Origin: Candidatus Nanoarchaeia archaeon
Lineage (GTDB): Archaea; Nanobdellota; Nanobdellia; SCGC-AAA011-G17; JACPNG01
Direction: 5' to 3'
DNA: 64,000 nucleotides
Assembly (NCBI GenBank): GCA_028714095.1
Contig: JAQTMY010000002.1
Location: forward strand, 14,636 to 78,635
Shown here: positions 38,235-47,403 of the stretch, one piece after another
Layout of the letters: each line of letters opens with the position of its first letter
Numbering within the stretch: position 1 is the stretch's first letter
Translations under genes and position numbers: made by a program
Notes under the pieces: generated by a model
The model's input: only the letters and a program-made list of their open reading frames with translations
What the model was told of the DNA's origin: nothing
The model's database searches: none

Positions 38235-38867
38235 TTATTCAATATTACAAAAATCCATCCAAGGAGTATTATATAACATGTCTGGAATTTTATTTAGGCT
38301 TTCTTTTCCGCCTTCAATAGAGTAGGTTAATATCATACTCTTCTCAGACTTATTTATATTGATGCATATCAGTTTATTTTTTATGCTATTTTTTATGAGA
38401 ACATCTTTAACCTCTTTCTCAGAAACTATTTTACTTGTTTTAATAACCAATTTTTTCTGATAGGATCCAATCCCTCGCTCTTCAAGATTTTTATCTATAA
38501 GCATAATAATCCATATTATTAGATAAACTCCTATTCCCATGAAAAATTGACCAATCCCAATTAATAATCCAAAAATTGCAAAGACCCATATGGTTGCTGC
38601 AGAGGTAAATCCAAATATTTTATTTGTAGTTTTAATTAAAGCCCCTGCTCCTAAGAAACCTATCCCTGTTACTATTCCGCTTAGTAATGGTAGTGGATTT
38701 TGTGGGCTTAGTGTCATAGCAGTTATTGCCAGTCCGCAAGAACCAACAGAAACAAAAACAAAAGTACCAAACCCAATTGGTTTATGTGCTTTATGTCTTT
38801 CTAATCCGAATAATAAGGCTAGCAGGAATGTTGCGCTGAATCTAATGATTATGTCTAGTTGCTGCAT
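38235..38867 (-). CDS. MgtC/SapB family membrane protein
   Basis: GLER..KPIGFGT, IVTGIGFLGAG, TSAATIW. Confidence 0.9.
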   Translation of the reverse strand: MQQLDIIIRFSATFLLALLFGLERHKAHKPIGFGTFVFVSVGSCGLAITAMTLSPQNPLPLLSGIVTGIGFLGAGALIKTTNKIFGFTSAATIWVFAIFGLLIGIGQFFMGIGVYLIIWIIMLIDKNLEERGIGSYQKKLVIKTSKIVSEKEVKDVLIKNSIKNKLICININKSEKSMILTYSIEGGKESLNKIPDMLYNTPWMDFCNIE

Positions 38868-38931
38868 GAAGAATTTATTTATCTGATTCTATATTTAAAT
38901 TTAACTGTGTAAACTTGGAAATCATTCCAAA

Positions 38932-40506
38932 TCAATGTTTTCCTTTAAAATAAATCTTACCAGATGAGAATGAATCATATCCAAGAATCGGATCAGAAAC
39001 ATAGCCCCCTGAATTAAGGATGTGGGTAGATTCCCCGACAGCAAGGTTTCCAATAACCATGTTTGGGATTATTGTTGCGGCTTGTCCCTGATTCATGCAG
39101 CTGTTTCTCACTAAATCTGGAAAATTTTCAAGTACTAGCTGGTCATTTATGCTCTTGGTTTTGTCTGGGACAAAAATTGCAACCTGTCCCTGATGAGTTC
39201 CTACTCCGGTGTCAATGTAAGGAATATTATTTTTTACCGTAAAATCATTTAGCCACATTCTTGCATACTTATTATCAAAACAGCCAAAAATTAAATCATA
39301 TTTTTCCTTTAATAGTCTGTCTTCTGTAACTAGTCCTATCCCTTTTTTCAACTGTTCTTCGTTAGGAATAAAGAAATCTTCAGAATATTTATTCCTGAAT
39401 CTCTCGTTTAATACAGAATATTCCCCAACCTTTCCATAAATAAAATTAGATTTAATTCTTGGATTTATCTCTTTTATCCTCTTGGAAACAATTTCTGCTT
39501 TTTTCCCACCAATCTCGCCTCTTAAAAGAATCTGTCTTGGTACATTAGTTGATTCTATCGTATCAAAATCAAGTATGTCTATCTTGCCAATGCCGAGTAA
39601 AACCAAACTCAATGCAACAGAATTGCCTAATGCACCCGCTCCAGCAACCAAGACCCTTTTCTCACTCCAAGATATCAGGAAATATTTTTCTAAGTCTTCC
39701 TGCAACCCCTGCCTGTTTTTTGTTGAATATAAGTTATAGATAAACCTCTCATTGCTCCTTAAGTTCTTATCACTCCTTGCTTGCTGAAAATTATATTTCC
39801 TAATCTCATCAGCTACTAATCCTCCAATAACCCCGCTGGTAAATCCTATTTGTGTTAAGTTGTTAAATTCCAGATTTAGGATATAATCCAGATTTTTATT
39901 TCCGCTCATTGGCCAATAAATTCCATAAGTTCCTCTATAGTCATCAGCAGAAGCAGAAATCATTGGAATTTTATTTTTTACTGCATAATCCAAACAAGTT
40001 TCCTTTGAATAACAGTCATTTGTTGCATCAATAATAATTTGGGGGTTTAATTCAGAAGCAAAAGCTTTGTTAAATTTTGAGAATCTTGGAGTTATTCTTG
40101 CATGGGTATTTATTTTTTTTAGTTCATTGGCTATTAATCCCACTTTTTCCTTGCCAATCTGTTTGTAATTTTTAAGACACAAAAAATCATTCCTATCCCT
40201 CTCGCTAAACCTCTTGTTATCCATCAAGTAGATATTCCCTATCCCAATCCCAGCAACACAGCTAGAAATTATTTGTGATAAGCAGCTAGAACCAACAACC
40301 AAAACCTTGCTGTCATATAATCTTTTTTGTCTTGCCCTGCCTAGATTTAATTCCTGTCCCTCAAATTCACTTATTATTTCATTTTTCTTTTTCTCATCTT
40401 TTATTTTTTGGATACTATCATATTTTTTTATGGCAAGGCTTTCATCATACCCCCAAGCTCTATAGGTTCTTTCATCTTCAGAATAAATAAAATTAGTTTC
40501 TGTCAT
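38932..40506 (-). CDS. E1-like ubiquitin-activating enzyme with tandem ThiF domains (inactive plus active)
   Basis: Domain 1 VLVVGSSCLS (degenerate). Domain 2 VAGAGALG, DFDTIESTNVPRQ, KAE, CFDNKYAR, RNSC. Start at 40506 follows GGAGG. Confidence 0.85.
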   Translation of the reverse strand: MTETNFIYSEDERTYRAWGYDESLAIKKYDSIQKIKDEKKKNEIISEFEGQELNLGRARQKRLYDSKVLVVGSSCLSQIISSCVAGIGIGNIYLMDNKRFSERDRNDFLCLKNYKQIGKEKVGLIANELKKINTHARITPRFSKFNKAFASELNPQIIIDATNDCYSKETCLDYAVKNKIPMISASADDYRGTYGIYWPMSGNKNLDYILNLEFNNLTQIGFTSGVIGGLVADEIRKYNFQQARSDKNLRSNERFIYNLYSTKNRQGLQEDLEKYFLISWSEKRVLVAGAGALGNSVALSLVLLGIGKIDILDFDTIESTNVPRQILLRGEIGGKKAEIVSKRIKEINPRIKSNFIYGKVGEYSVLNERFRNKYSEDFFIPNEEQLKKGIGLVTEDRLLKEKYDLIFGCFDNKYARMWLNDFTVKNNIPYIDTGVGTHQGQVAIFVPDKTKSINDQLVLENFPDLVRNSCMNQGQAATIIPNMVIGNLAVGESTHILNSGGYVSDPILGYDSFSSGKIYFKGKH

Positions 40507-41776
40507 TGTCGAAGATCCTCCACTCAGAAATTCCATGGTTTATTGCATATCTTTTTGCATCAGCCTCGTTAATTGCGATAGGAACCAATTCTTCTAGGTA
40601 ACGGAAAGGAGTGTTTGCTCCATTGTTATATCCGTTTGTGAGCCCTAACTCACATTTTTTTAGTACATTTGAGAGAATCTTTGCTGATCTCCTTTTCTCA
40701 TTAACAAAATCATATTCCTTATTGAAATAAACTCCCACCCTTGCCCAAACTTCTTCCTTGCTCATAAACTTACTGTCAAAACAAATATATTTTCCGTTGA
40801 GGCTCACAAATGGATGAACATATTTGCCCTCTCCAAGGACTTGTGGGATTGCAATTATCCTAAAACTCCTTCCTAGGTTTTCTATTGCAGTTCCAACCTT
40901 TACTTTATCGAATGCATAATATTTACCATTTTTTTTCATAATAAAAGAATTAACATAAAGGAAAATGCCATAGACTCCTTCTATACTAGTTTTTTCAAAT
41001 CCAATATCCTTTATCCTTGCAGACCCTCCCTGACGATAGGAGTTTTGCATATCCGCAAGTTTTTCCAGACCATCCAAGGTTTCTTTCTGATTAATTAGAA
41101 TTCCCTCTAGGTTTTCTGCAACATTATTGATTTTTTTATCAATAAGTTCTTTCAATCTTAATAGATACTTGTTTTCAATTTCATCATACCTTCCTTTCAG
41201 TCTTGGAACAAATTTATAATTCCCAAAAAATAGTTTGTCTGGGCTTCCCTCGTTGCTAGTCTCAAGACTATAATAATTATTGTCTATAAAAAGAGAATTT
41301 CCTGCAATCTCGCCAAGAATTGATTTATTTGGTTTTAAGTCTTCTAATCTTAAGGAAACCCCATCTAATTTAAAATTATTTGAGATATTATTAATGTTAA
41401 AATCTCTGCTATAATAAGCATTTAGGACATCGATCATAAGAAAACTTTCAATATCTCCGCTCGGATTTATTATTGAACGTTTAAGATTATCCATCAAAAT
41501 AGTGGATCTTTTAAGGTGAGACAAATATTTTTTATCAAGTTCATCCGAAACATAAGTTTCTAAATAATTTCTGTTCTTTTCCAGGAACTCTTGCTCTAGT
41601 TTTTCTAGTTCTTCTGATTGTTCAAGGAATAATCTTTTCGTGCCAAGATATAACACATTCTTTGAATCTGATTTTGTTTCTAGTGTATGAAGCCTGTTTT
41701 CAATTATTGCAAATGGGCTGTTTGTGGATTTAAAATAAAATAAAAAAGTTTTAGGGCCTTTATGAAGGTCTAACAT
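40493..41776 (-). CDS. Putative E2 (UBC-like) protein with long N-terminal coiled-coil region
   Basis: IPQV...YVHPFVSLNGKYICF compared with canonical HPN[IV]xxxGxIC; overlaps the E1 start by 14 nt. Confidence 0.6.
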   Translation of the reverse strand: MLDLHKGPKTFLFYFKSTNSPFAIIENRLHTLETKSDSKNVLYLGTKRLFLEQSEELEKLEQEFLEKNRNYLETYVSDELDKKYLSHLKRSTILMDNLKRSIINPSGDIESFLMIDVLNAYYSRDFNINNISNNFKLDGVSLRLEDLKPNKSILGEIAGNSLFIDNNYYSLETSNEGSPDKLFFGNYKFVPRLKGRYDEIENKYLLRLKELIDKKINNVAENLEGILINQKETLDGLEKLADMQNSYRQGGSARIKDIGFEKTSIEGVYGIFLYVNSFIMKKNGKYYAFDKVKVGTAIENLGRSFRIIAIPQVLGEGKYVHPFVSLNGKYICFDSKFMSKEEVWARVGVYFNKEYDFVNEKRRSAKILSNVLKKCELGLTNGYNNGANTPFRYLEELVPIAINEADAKRYAINHGISEWRIFDNDRN

Positions 41777-41777
41777 C

Positions 41778-42218
41778 TTAAGGTAGATAACTGTCTAAAT
41801 GTTTTGACCCCAATCCCAGATCATAACTTGCTTCTAATGAAATGAGATTATATACCTTCATGCATCCATCCTCTTGTCTGTCACTTTTTTCTTCAACTAT
41901 GTTTTCGTAAGAGGATACTATTTTTCCTAAGTCCACTGGAATAAGGTCTGCCCCAGAATCACTATGGATCTTTGCCCTTAAATTGATAGTTCCTTTACCC
42001 TTTTCTACACCATCGAACCAGGATTTTATATTATCAGCAATTTCTTTTTCTCCTTGATCATAAGGGGGGTTTGTTCCATCTGCATTATGGTCTAATAATT
42101 TGTCAACAACCTGCTTAAAGGTCCATTCTAATGAGTCTCCTGGAAGGACCTTTGTTAAACAATCTCTGCTTGGCCCTATCTGTGCTATCGGATCAAGCTG
42201 GTATCGTATTGGTTTCAT
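41778..42218 (-). CDS. Putative ubiquitin-like (beta-grasp) precursor
   Basis: Strong AAGGAGGT SD; first gene of the E2/E1 operon; ends LISLEASYDLGLG-SKHLDSYLP. Confidence 0.5.
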   Translation of the reverse strand: MKPIRYQLDPIAQIGPSRDCLTKVLPGDSLEWTFKQVVDKLLDHNADGTNPPYDQGEKEIADNIKSWFDGVEKGKGTINLRAKIHSDSGADLIPVDLGKIVSSYENIVEEKSDRQEDGCMKVYNLISLEASYDLGLGSKHLDSYLP

Positions 42219-42373
42219 TTTAACCTCCTTAATTTTTATTTAAGAAGAAAAAATTCTTAATAAGAACTATCTAAACTATAGGAAAATTCTTTCAGTCTAA
42301 CCTGAAAAAACAGCTAAAAATTAAATATATCCCAGAAGAAAATCTTTTAAACAAAAAGCACTCTTACTTAATA

Positions 42374-43009
42374 ATGAAAAAAGAGGTAATATTTATTGTA
42401 TGTGCCCATTCTGATGATGAGGCTGCAGGAATGGGTGGAACCATCTTCAAATATATTGATGAAAACAAACAATTAATTAAGATAATTTTTTCTTTTGGTG
42501 AGCAGTCCCATCCCCACTTAAAGGAAGAGCATACTAAGAGAGTAAGGATAAATGAGACAATAAAGCTCGAGAAAAAATTGGGTATAAAAACTTATTTTCT
42601 AGGTATAAAGGATTTTAAGATTAAAGAAGAGATTAGCAGTATAAAATTAAAGGATAAATTAGGTAATCTAATAAAAAAATATAAGCCAAAACAGATTTTC
42701 ATGACCTCTTTAAATGATATACACAGAGATCACAGGGCTGTGGCAAAAATAACCTTGGATACAGCCAAAAAAATAGGTTATGATGGTGAAATTTATACAT
42801 ATGAAGTCTGGGCTCCAAGAAAAGAAAACAGGCCACATATCTATGTTGATATCTCAAAGTATCAGAATAAAAAAGCTAATTTATTAAAATCTTTTGTAAG
42901 CCAGAGATTTTATACCTACCCCCTGCTTCTACTCTATTTGATAAAATCCAGGTTTTATGGTAAAAAGATTAATGCAAAGTTTGCAGAGAGGTTTTATAAG
43001 ATACAATGA
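42374..43009 (+). CDS. PIG-L/LmbE family de-N-acetylase
   Basis: AHSDDE..GMGG, R..E, HRDH, AERF. Confidence 0.9.
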   Translation: MKKEVIFIVCAHSDDEAAGMGGTIFKYIDENKQLIKIIFSFGEQSHPHLKEEHTKRVRINETIKLEKKLGIKTYFLGIKDFKIKEEISSIKLKDKLGNLIKKYKPKQIFMTSLNDIHRDHRAVAKITLDTAKKIGYDGEIYTYEVWAPRKENRPHIYVDISKYQNKKANLLKSFVSQRFYTYPLLLLYLIKSRFYGKKINAKFAERFYKIQ

Positions 43010-44064
43010 AAATTTTGTTTATAGTTACAGGCTTTGGGTATGGGGATTCTGTCAGGATAAATTCGATTATCGACGAAATTAAAAGATTAAAACCAGGTTC
43101 AAAATTCCTTATTTTAGGGTATTCAAGTTCCTATGATTATTTTAACCCAAAATATCCTACCTTGAAAATTAAAGGATATAAATTCCCAGATAGAGATATG
43201 AAGTTTAGTGCTTCCAAATTTTTAATTAAGAATTTTTATTTGCCAACAAGATGGTTTGGAAGTTTCAAAAAACATAGGAGAACAATAATCAATTTTGATC
43301 CAGACGTTGTTGTGTCTGATTTTGAGCCTCTTGGAGTGATTATTGCCAGAAAACTGGGAATAAGATGCATTTCCATATTTGGATTTAACCCAAGAGTATA
43401 TGAAAACTATCCTCATAAGAATATGATCACAAACATACAGGCAAAATATCTGTCAAAGCATTATGAAGAATCTGATTTAGTTATTATTCCTTCATTCGTA
43501 AAGCAAAAAAATTCAGCCAACTTAATTTATGTAAACCCCATTGTAAGAAAATATAAACTCAAAGACTCAAAAAAAATATTAAAAGAATTAAAATTAACTA
43601 AAAAACCATTATTGGTTATGCTTGGAGGTTCTAATTATGGGATAAAATTGGCAAAGGAGATTGGGAGAATAAATCAAAAACTTAAGCAGGAAATAATTAT
43701 GTTTGGGGGGAAAGAGCAAATTCCTTATCTCCATTACGTTAAGTTCAAGGAAAATTTTCTAGATTATCTTAATGTAAGTTCTGGAGTCATAACCTTGGCA
43801 GGAAATTTAACTTTGTCAGAATGTCTGTCTTTTAAAAAACCCGCATTGGTTTTTCCAATCAAAAACCACGTTGAACAGTTAATGAATGCTCATTCACTTA
43901 AAGATATTTTCCAGATTGAATATAACCTAAATAATCTTGAGAAAGCAATGAGAACCTTTATAAGAAATAAGGATAAGATAAGCAATAAACTAAAAAATAT
44001 AAATATTAGGCCGGTTGGTGCCACTGAAGCAGCAAAAATAATATTAAAAGAGGTGAAAAGATGA
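43006..44064 (+). CDS. GT-B glycosyltransferase (MJ1255/GT28-like)
   Basis: VTGFGYG, PDVVVSDFEP, VMLGG, AG..TLSE, EQLMNA. Confidence 0.85.
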   Translation: MKILFIVTGFGYGDSVRINSIIDEIKRLKPGSKFLILGYSSSYDYFNPKYPTLKIKGYKFPDRDMKFSASKFLIKNFYLPTRWFGSFKKHRRTIINFDPDVVVSDFEPLGVIIARKLGIRCISIFGFNPRVYENYPHKNMITNIQAKYLSKHYEESDLVIIPSFVKQKNSANLIYVNPIVRKYKLKDSKKILKELKLTKKPLLVMLGGSNYGIKLAKEIGRINQKLKQEIIMFGGKEQIPYLHYVKFKENFLDYLNVSSGVITLAGNLTLSECLSFKKPALVFPIKNHVEQLMNAHSLKDIFQIEYNLNNLEKAMRTFIRNKDKISNKLKNINIRPVGATEAAKIILKEVKR

Positions 44065-44636
44065 AAAAAATAATCTTAATTTTGTTTTTAATAATTCCTT
44101 TAGTTGTTGCTCAGGAAGAATATTATTTCACTGAGGATACAGAGGATGATTATATTTTCTCTGAGGATAATGTAAATGAAGAAGATCTTGCCTACGATGA
44201 AACATTTGATTCTGAAGAATCTCTAGAAGGTCCAAGCTATAGCCAAGAAGATGGATTGGTTGGCGAAGGTTCTGCAGATGAACAACTTTATCAGTCTGAA
44301 TGCCCCGAGGGTTGTTTTTACAATGAAAAATGCTACTCAATCGGAAAACAATTTTTAACAAAAGAATATGGCACCGAAGTTTATTGTAGTGCAGATTGGA
44401 AAATAGTTGATGCAAAAGCTATTAGTTCTGTATGTCAGCAGGATTATGAATGCCTTAGCTATTATTGTAAGGATGGACTTTGTCAGGAAACCTCTATGAA
44501 AACTGCAAGAAAGATTGGTTTTTTGAATATCTTGATGGGGGTATTAGCAATAATCCTTGTTGTTATAATTATTTATGCAGCAAAAAATCTCCGTTTAAGG
44601 ATTAAAAAAGAACCGGAAGAAGAAATTAAAAAATGA
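44061..44636 (+). CDS. Hypothetical exported protein with acidic region, Cys-rich domain and C-terminal TM anchor
   Basis: Signal peptide, D/E-rich stretch, CQQDYECLSYYCKDGLC, TM helix. Confidence 0.7.
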   Translation: MKKIILILFLIIPLVVAQEEYYFTEDTEDDYIFSEDNVNEEDLAYDETFDSEESLEGPSYSQEDGLVGEGSADEQLYQSECPEGCFYNEKCYSIGKQFLTKEYGTEVYCSADWKIVDAKAISSVCQQDYECLSYYCKDGLCQETSMKTARKIGFLNILMGVLAIILVVIIIYAAKNLRLRIKKEPEEEIKK

Positions 44637-45427
44637 AAGAAATCTTATTTTGGTGTGAATTTCCAAAAAAAACTAATTGGGACTTAGTTAATAAAGAAAT
44701 TGATTTCAAGACAGAAATTTATATTGCAGCTCAGTCTTTAGAAGAGTTTCTAAGATATAAAAACAAAATAAAAAATAAAAATATTAAGGTTGGGGTCTGG
44801 CCAACACTTTCTAAAGAAGAAGGTTATTGGTTTTCTGGCTTTACAGATAAGAAATTAATTAATAAATTAGATGATTTCAAGGAATTTAATATTAAGATAG
44901 ATTTGGAGCCACCCACCTTCAAGGGAAAATGGACAACAATAAAAGCACTAAGTTATTTTATAAAATATTATGTTAAAAAACCAAAAAATAGAGAATATTT
45001 GGAAAGAAAAATCGAATCTTTAAAAAATAAAAAGATAATACTAAGTCCAACTATTCCTATGTTTTATGTTAAAAAAACAAGTGGTTTGATAGACAATAAA
45101 AGATTTTATTATAATTCGGTTTATCCTATGATATATACCTCTATGGTATCTAGACCCATGAGAGCATTTTTTAGGATGTTTTTCAGGTTTTTCTATGGAA
45201 ACCTAAAAAGAAAACATAATAACACTTATGTTGCACTTGGATGTCTTGACGTAGGGATTTATGGCAATGAAGGAATCTATAAGGATATTAAGGAATTAAA
45301 AAAAGATATGGATTATATGCAGAAATTAAATATAGATAAGATTGTTATTTTTGAAATATCAGGATTGTTTAATAAAAAAGACTATAAAAACTGGTTAAAT
45401 CTTATCAAAAGTTATTTAAGCAAATAA
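44633..45427 (+). CDS. Hypothetical protein
   Basis: 264-aa ORF coupled by an ATGA overlap. Confidence 0.7.
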   Translation: MKEILFWCEFPKKTNWDLVNKEIDFKTEIYIAAQSLEEFLRYKNKIKNKNIKVGVWPTLSKEEGYWFSGFTDKKLINKLDDFKEFNIKIDLEPPTFKGKWTTIKALSYFIKYYVKKPKNREYLERKIESLKNKKIILSPTIPMFYVKKTSGLIDNKRFYYNSVYPMIYTSMVSRPMRAFFRMFFRFFYGNLKRKHNNTYVALGCLDVGIYGNEGIYKDIKELKKDMDYMQKLNIDKIVIFEISGLFNKKDYKNWLNLIKSYLSK

Positions 45428-45442
45428 TCTTTATTTTTAAAA

Positions 45443-45880
45443 ATGGGATCAACTTTAGCAGGAACAAAAACAGACATCTTAGACCAAGATCATCTTAAGA
45501 GCCACACTCCAACAGTGGATATCATCAATGCAGTTTCTAAGAAAGATTGGTTCAAGGCATTATGGTACTCAATTTCACAGGTAGAATATTATTTAAGATC
45601 AAATGTTTTGAAGAATTTAACGAATAATTCTAAAAACCCAGAACTAAAGGTTTATGATGAGATTATGAATAAGACAGAATTCTGGAAAATTATTGAGACA
45701 GCAGAGAAGATGAAGATAATTGACAAAGAAGAAAAAGATTTGTTGGATTATATAAGGTTGGTAAGAAATGACCTTGCCCATTGTTTTTATCTCGTCTATA
45801 ACCAGAACATAAACGAGAAAGAAGCAAGGGAAGTTATTGGAGATATTTTAAAAATAATTAATAAATTAAATAAAAACTAG
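45443..45880 (+). CDS. Helical protein with HEPN-type Rx4H motif
   Basis: QVEYYL...IRLVRNDLAH. Confidence 0.6.
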   Translation: MGSTLAGTKTDILDQDHLKSHTPTVDIINAVSKKDWFKALWYSISQVEYYLRSNVLKNLTNNSKNPELKVYDEIMNKTEFWKIIETAEKMKIIDKEEKDLLDYIRLVRNDLAHCFYLVYNQNINEKEAREVIGDILKIINKLNKN

Positions 45881-45888
45881 AGGATTTA

Positions 45889-46641
45889 TTATTTTTTAGC
45901 TTGTTTCCAAACTTCATTAAAATAGTTTGTATAGTTTTCCGCAATATCTTTATCATGTATTAAGATTGCTATTGGTTTTTTCCCACTCCAAGTTACTTCA
46001 AGAACTTTATCTTGATAAATATCTATATTCCCAGGCAAGGGGAAGTTTACATAGCGAGCATCAAGAAATGAAGAAGTCTTTTTAGTATACTCTGATTTTG
46101 CCCATTCTTTTGTCCCTATCCCTTTGAATTTAATTCCTATTTTTTTATAAAATGGAGCTTGTCCAAGATAAAATTCATCAACGAAACTAGAATATTCTTT
46201 TTTTCTTACATAAAAAAATAGTCCCGTACCCTCTTTTTTATGTTTTTCATACATTTTTTCATAGGCCGTAGTTAACCCCTTGATACCAACAAAAATTTCT
46301 GCTTCTTGTTTCTCCTCTATGAATTTAGTATATTCTTCTAACTCTGGTAAAAGATTCTTTAATCTCTCCTTGTTCTTTTCTATTTCAGCTTCTTGTATAT
46401 CTAAAAACCTATACAACATCTCAGGTTTAACTGCCTGAAAATATCTTGTTTTTGCCTTTATTATAAAACTTACAATCCCCTTGTCAATTAGTCTCTGCAA
46501 AACTTCATAAATTTTAGAATAAGAAATGCCCGATATTTTAGTTATAGGTCCGACTGTAGAGGATCCCGTCTTTAGCATCGCTAAATAAACTTTAGCTTCT
46601 CCTGATGTTAATCCTAAACTTTGAAGATCTTGTTCTATCAT
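45889..46641 (-). CDS. TrmB family transcriptional regulator
   Basis: LGLTSGEAKVYLAML...SKIYEVLQRLIDKGIV...F..VW. Start moved to MIEQDL. Confidence 0.9.
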   Translation of the reverse strand: MIEQDLQSLGLTSGEAKVYLAMLKTGSSTVGPITKISGISYSKIYEVLQRLIDKGIVSFIIKAKTRYFQAVKPEMLYRFLDIQEAEIEKNKERLKNLLPELEEYTKFIEEKQEAEIFVGIKGLTTAYEKMYEKHKKEGTGLFFYVRKKEYSSFVDEFYLGQAPFYKKIGIKFKGIGTKEWAKSEYTKKTSSFLDARYVNFPLPGNIDIYQDKVLEVTWSGKKPIAILIHDKDIAENYTNYFNEVWKQAKK

Positions 46642-46685
46642 AGCATTAGGATATAAAGTTATTATATAAACTTTTCTATTATATA

Positions 46686-46698
46686 CCCCCATAAGGGG
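46686..46698. promoter_or_regulatory. Candidate TrmB operator CCCCCATAAGGGG
   Basis: GC-rich inverted repeat between divergent TATA boxes; a similar element lies upstream of the second TrmB. Confidence 0.45.
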
Positions 46699-46736
46699 AG
46701 ATTATATTTATAAATTAAGAGGTGGAGGGGGAGGTT

Positions 46737-47402
46737 ATGGAAGAAACAGATAGCATATCTAATTTAAAGTATAGGATGGACGGGAAATTTAAAATGCCCT
46801 GTAAATTAGCAGATGGGACTCTGCAAAAAAATTTTACATTATACTTATTTAGTTTCTTAAGAGATAACAAGTATATTGGACCAGAAGAACATTTTCATGT
46901 TTTAGTTTTGGGAAATATCCAAGGAAAAGACAATGTTTTGACCAGGATTGAATCTGCATGCACATATGCTCATTTATATGGCTCTCAATTATGTGATTGC
47001 CAATTTCAACTTCAAGAAGCTTTAATTAAAATCTCTAAAAATCAGTCAGGCATTTACATCTACTGTTTAGATCAACATGGAAGAGGTACGGGAATAGTTA
47101 ACCATGTAAAAGTTTATCAGGCAGAACAAGAATTAGGATTAGATACAGTCCAGGCACATTTAAAATTTAGTTTACCAGCTGATGCTAGAAATTATGAACC
47201 AATAATTACAATACTTAATTACTTTAATGTAAAGGGGATAAAATTGATGACTAACAACCCCAAGAGATTAGATTTTTTTAGAAAGTATAATATTCCTGTG
47301 GAAAGAATTCCACATCAAGGACCTTTGAATTCTTTTAATAAAAATGAATTAAAGATTAAAAAAGAAAAATTAGGTCATTTATATGCTTATGAGTTTAAAT
47401 AA
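46737..47402 (+). CDS. ribA: GTP cyclohydrolase II
   Basis: RIESAC...GSQLCDC, QHGRGTG, DTVQA, DARNY, MTNNPK, KKEKLGH. Confidence 0.88.
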   Translation: MEETDSISNLKYRMDGKFKMPCKLADGTLQKNFTLYLFSFLRDNKYIGPEEHFHVLVLGNIQGKDNVLTRIESACTYAHLYGSQLCDCQFQLQEALIKISKNQSGIYIYCLDQHGRGTGIVNHVKVYQAEQELGLDTVQAHLKFSLPADARNYEPIITILNYFNVKGIKLMTNNPKRLDFFRKYNIPVERIPHQGPLNSFNKNELKIKKEKLGHLYAYEFK

Positions 47403-47403
47403 A

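Noticed and set aside
38932-40506. E1 as an ordinary ThiF/MoeB sulfur-carrier activator
   Set aside because: Disfavoured but not excluded: tandem domains, no Zn CxxC pairs, no rhodanese domain, no ThiS/MoaD/thi/moa neighbours, and an E2-like partner.
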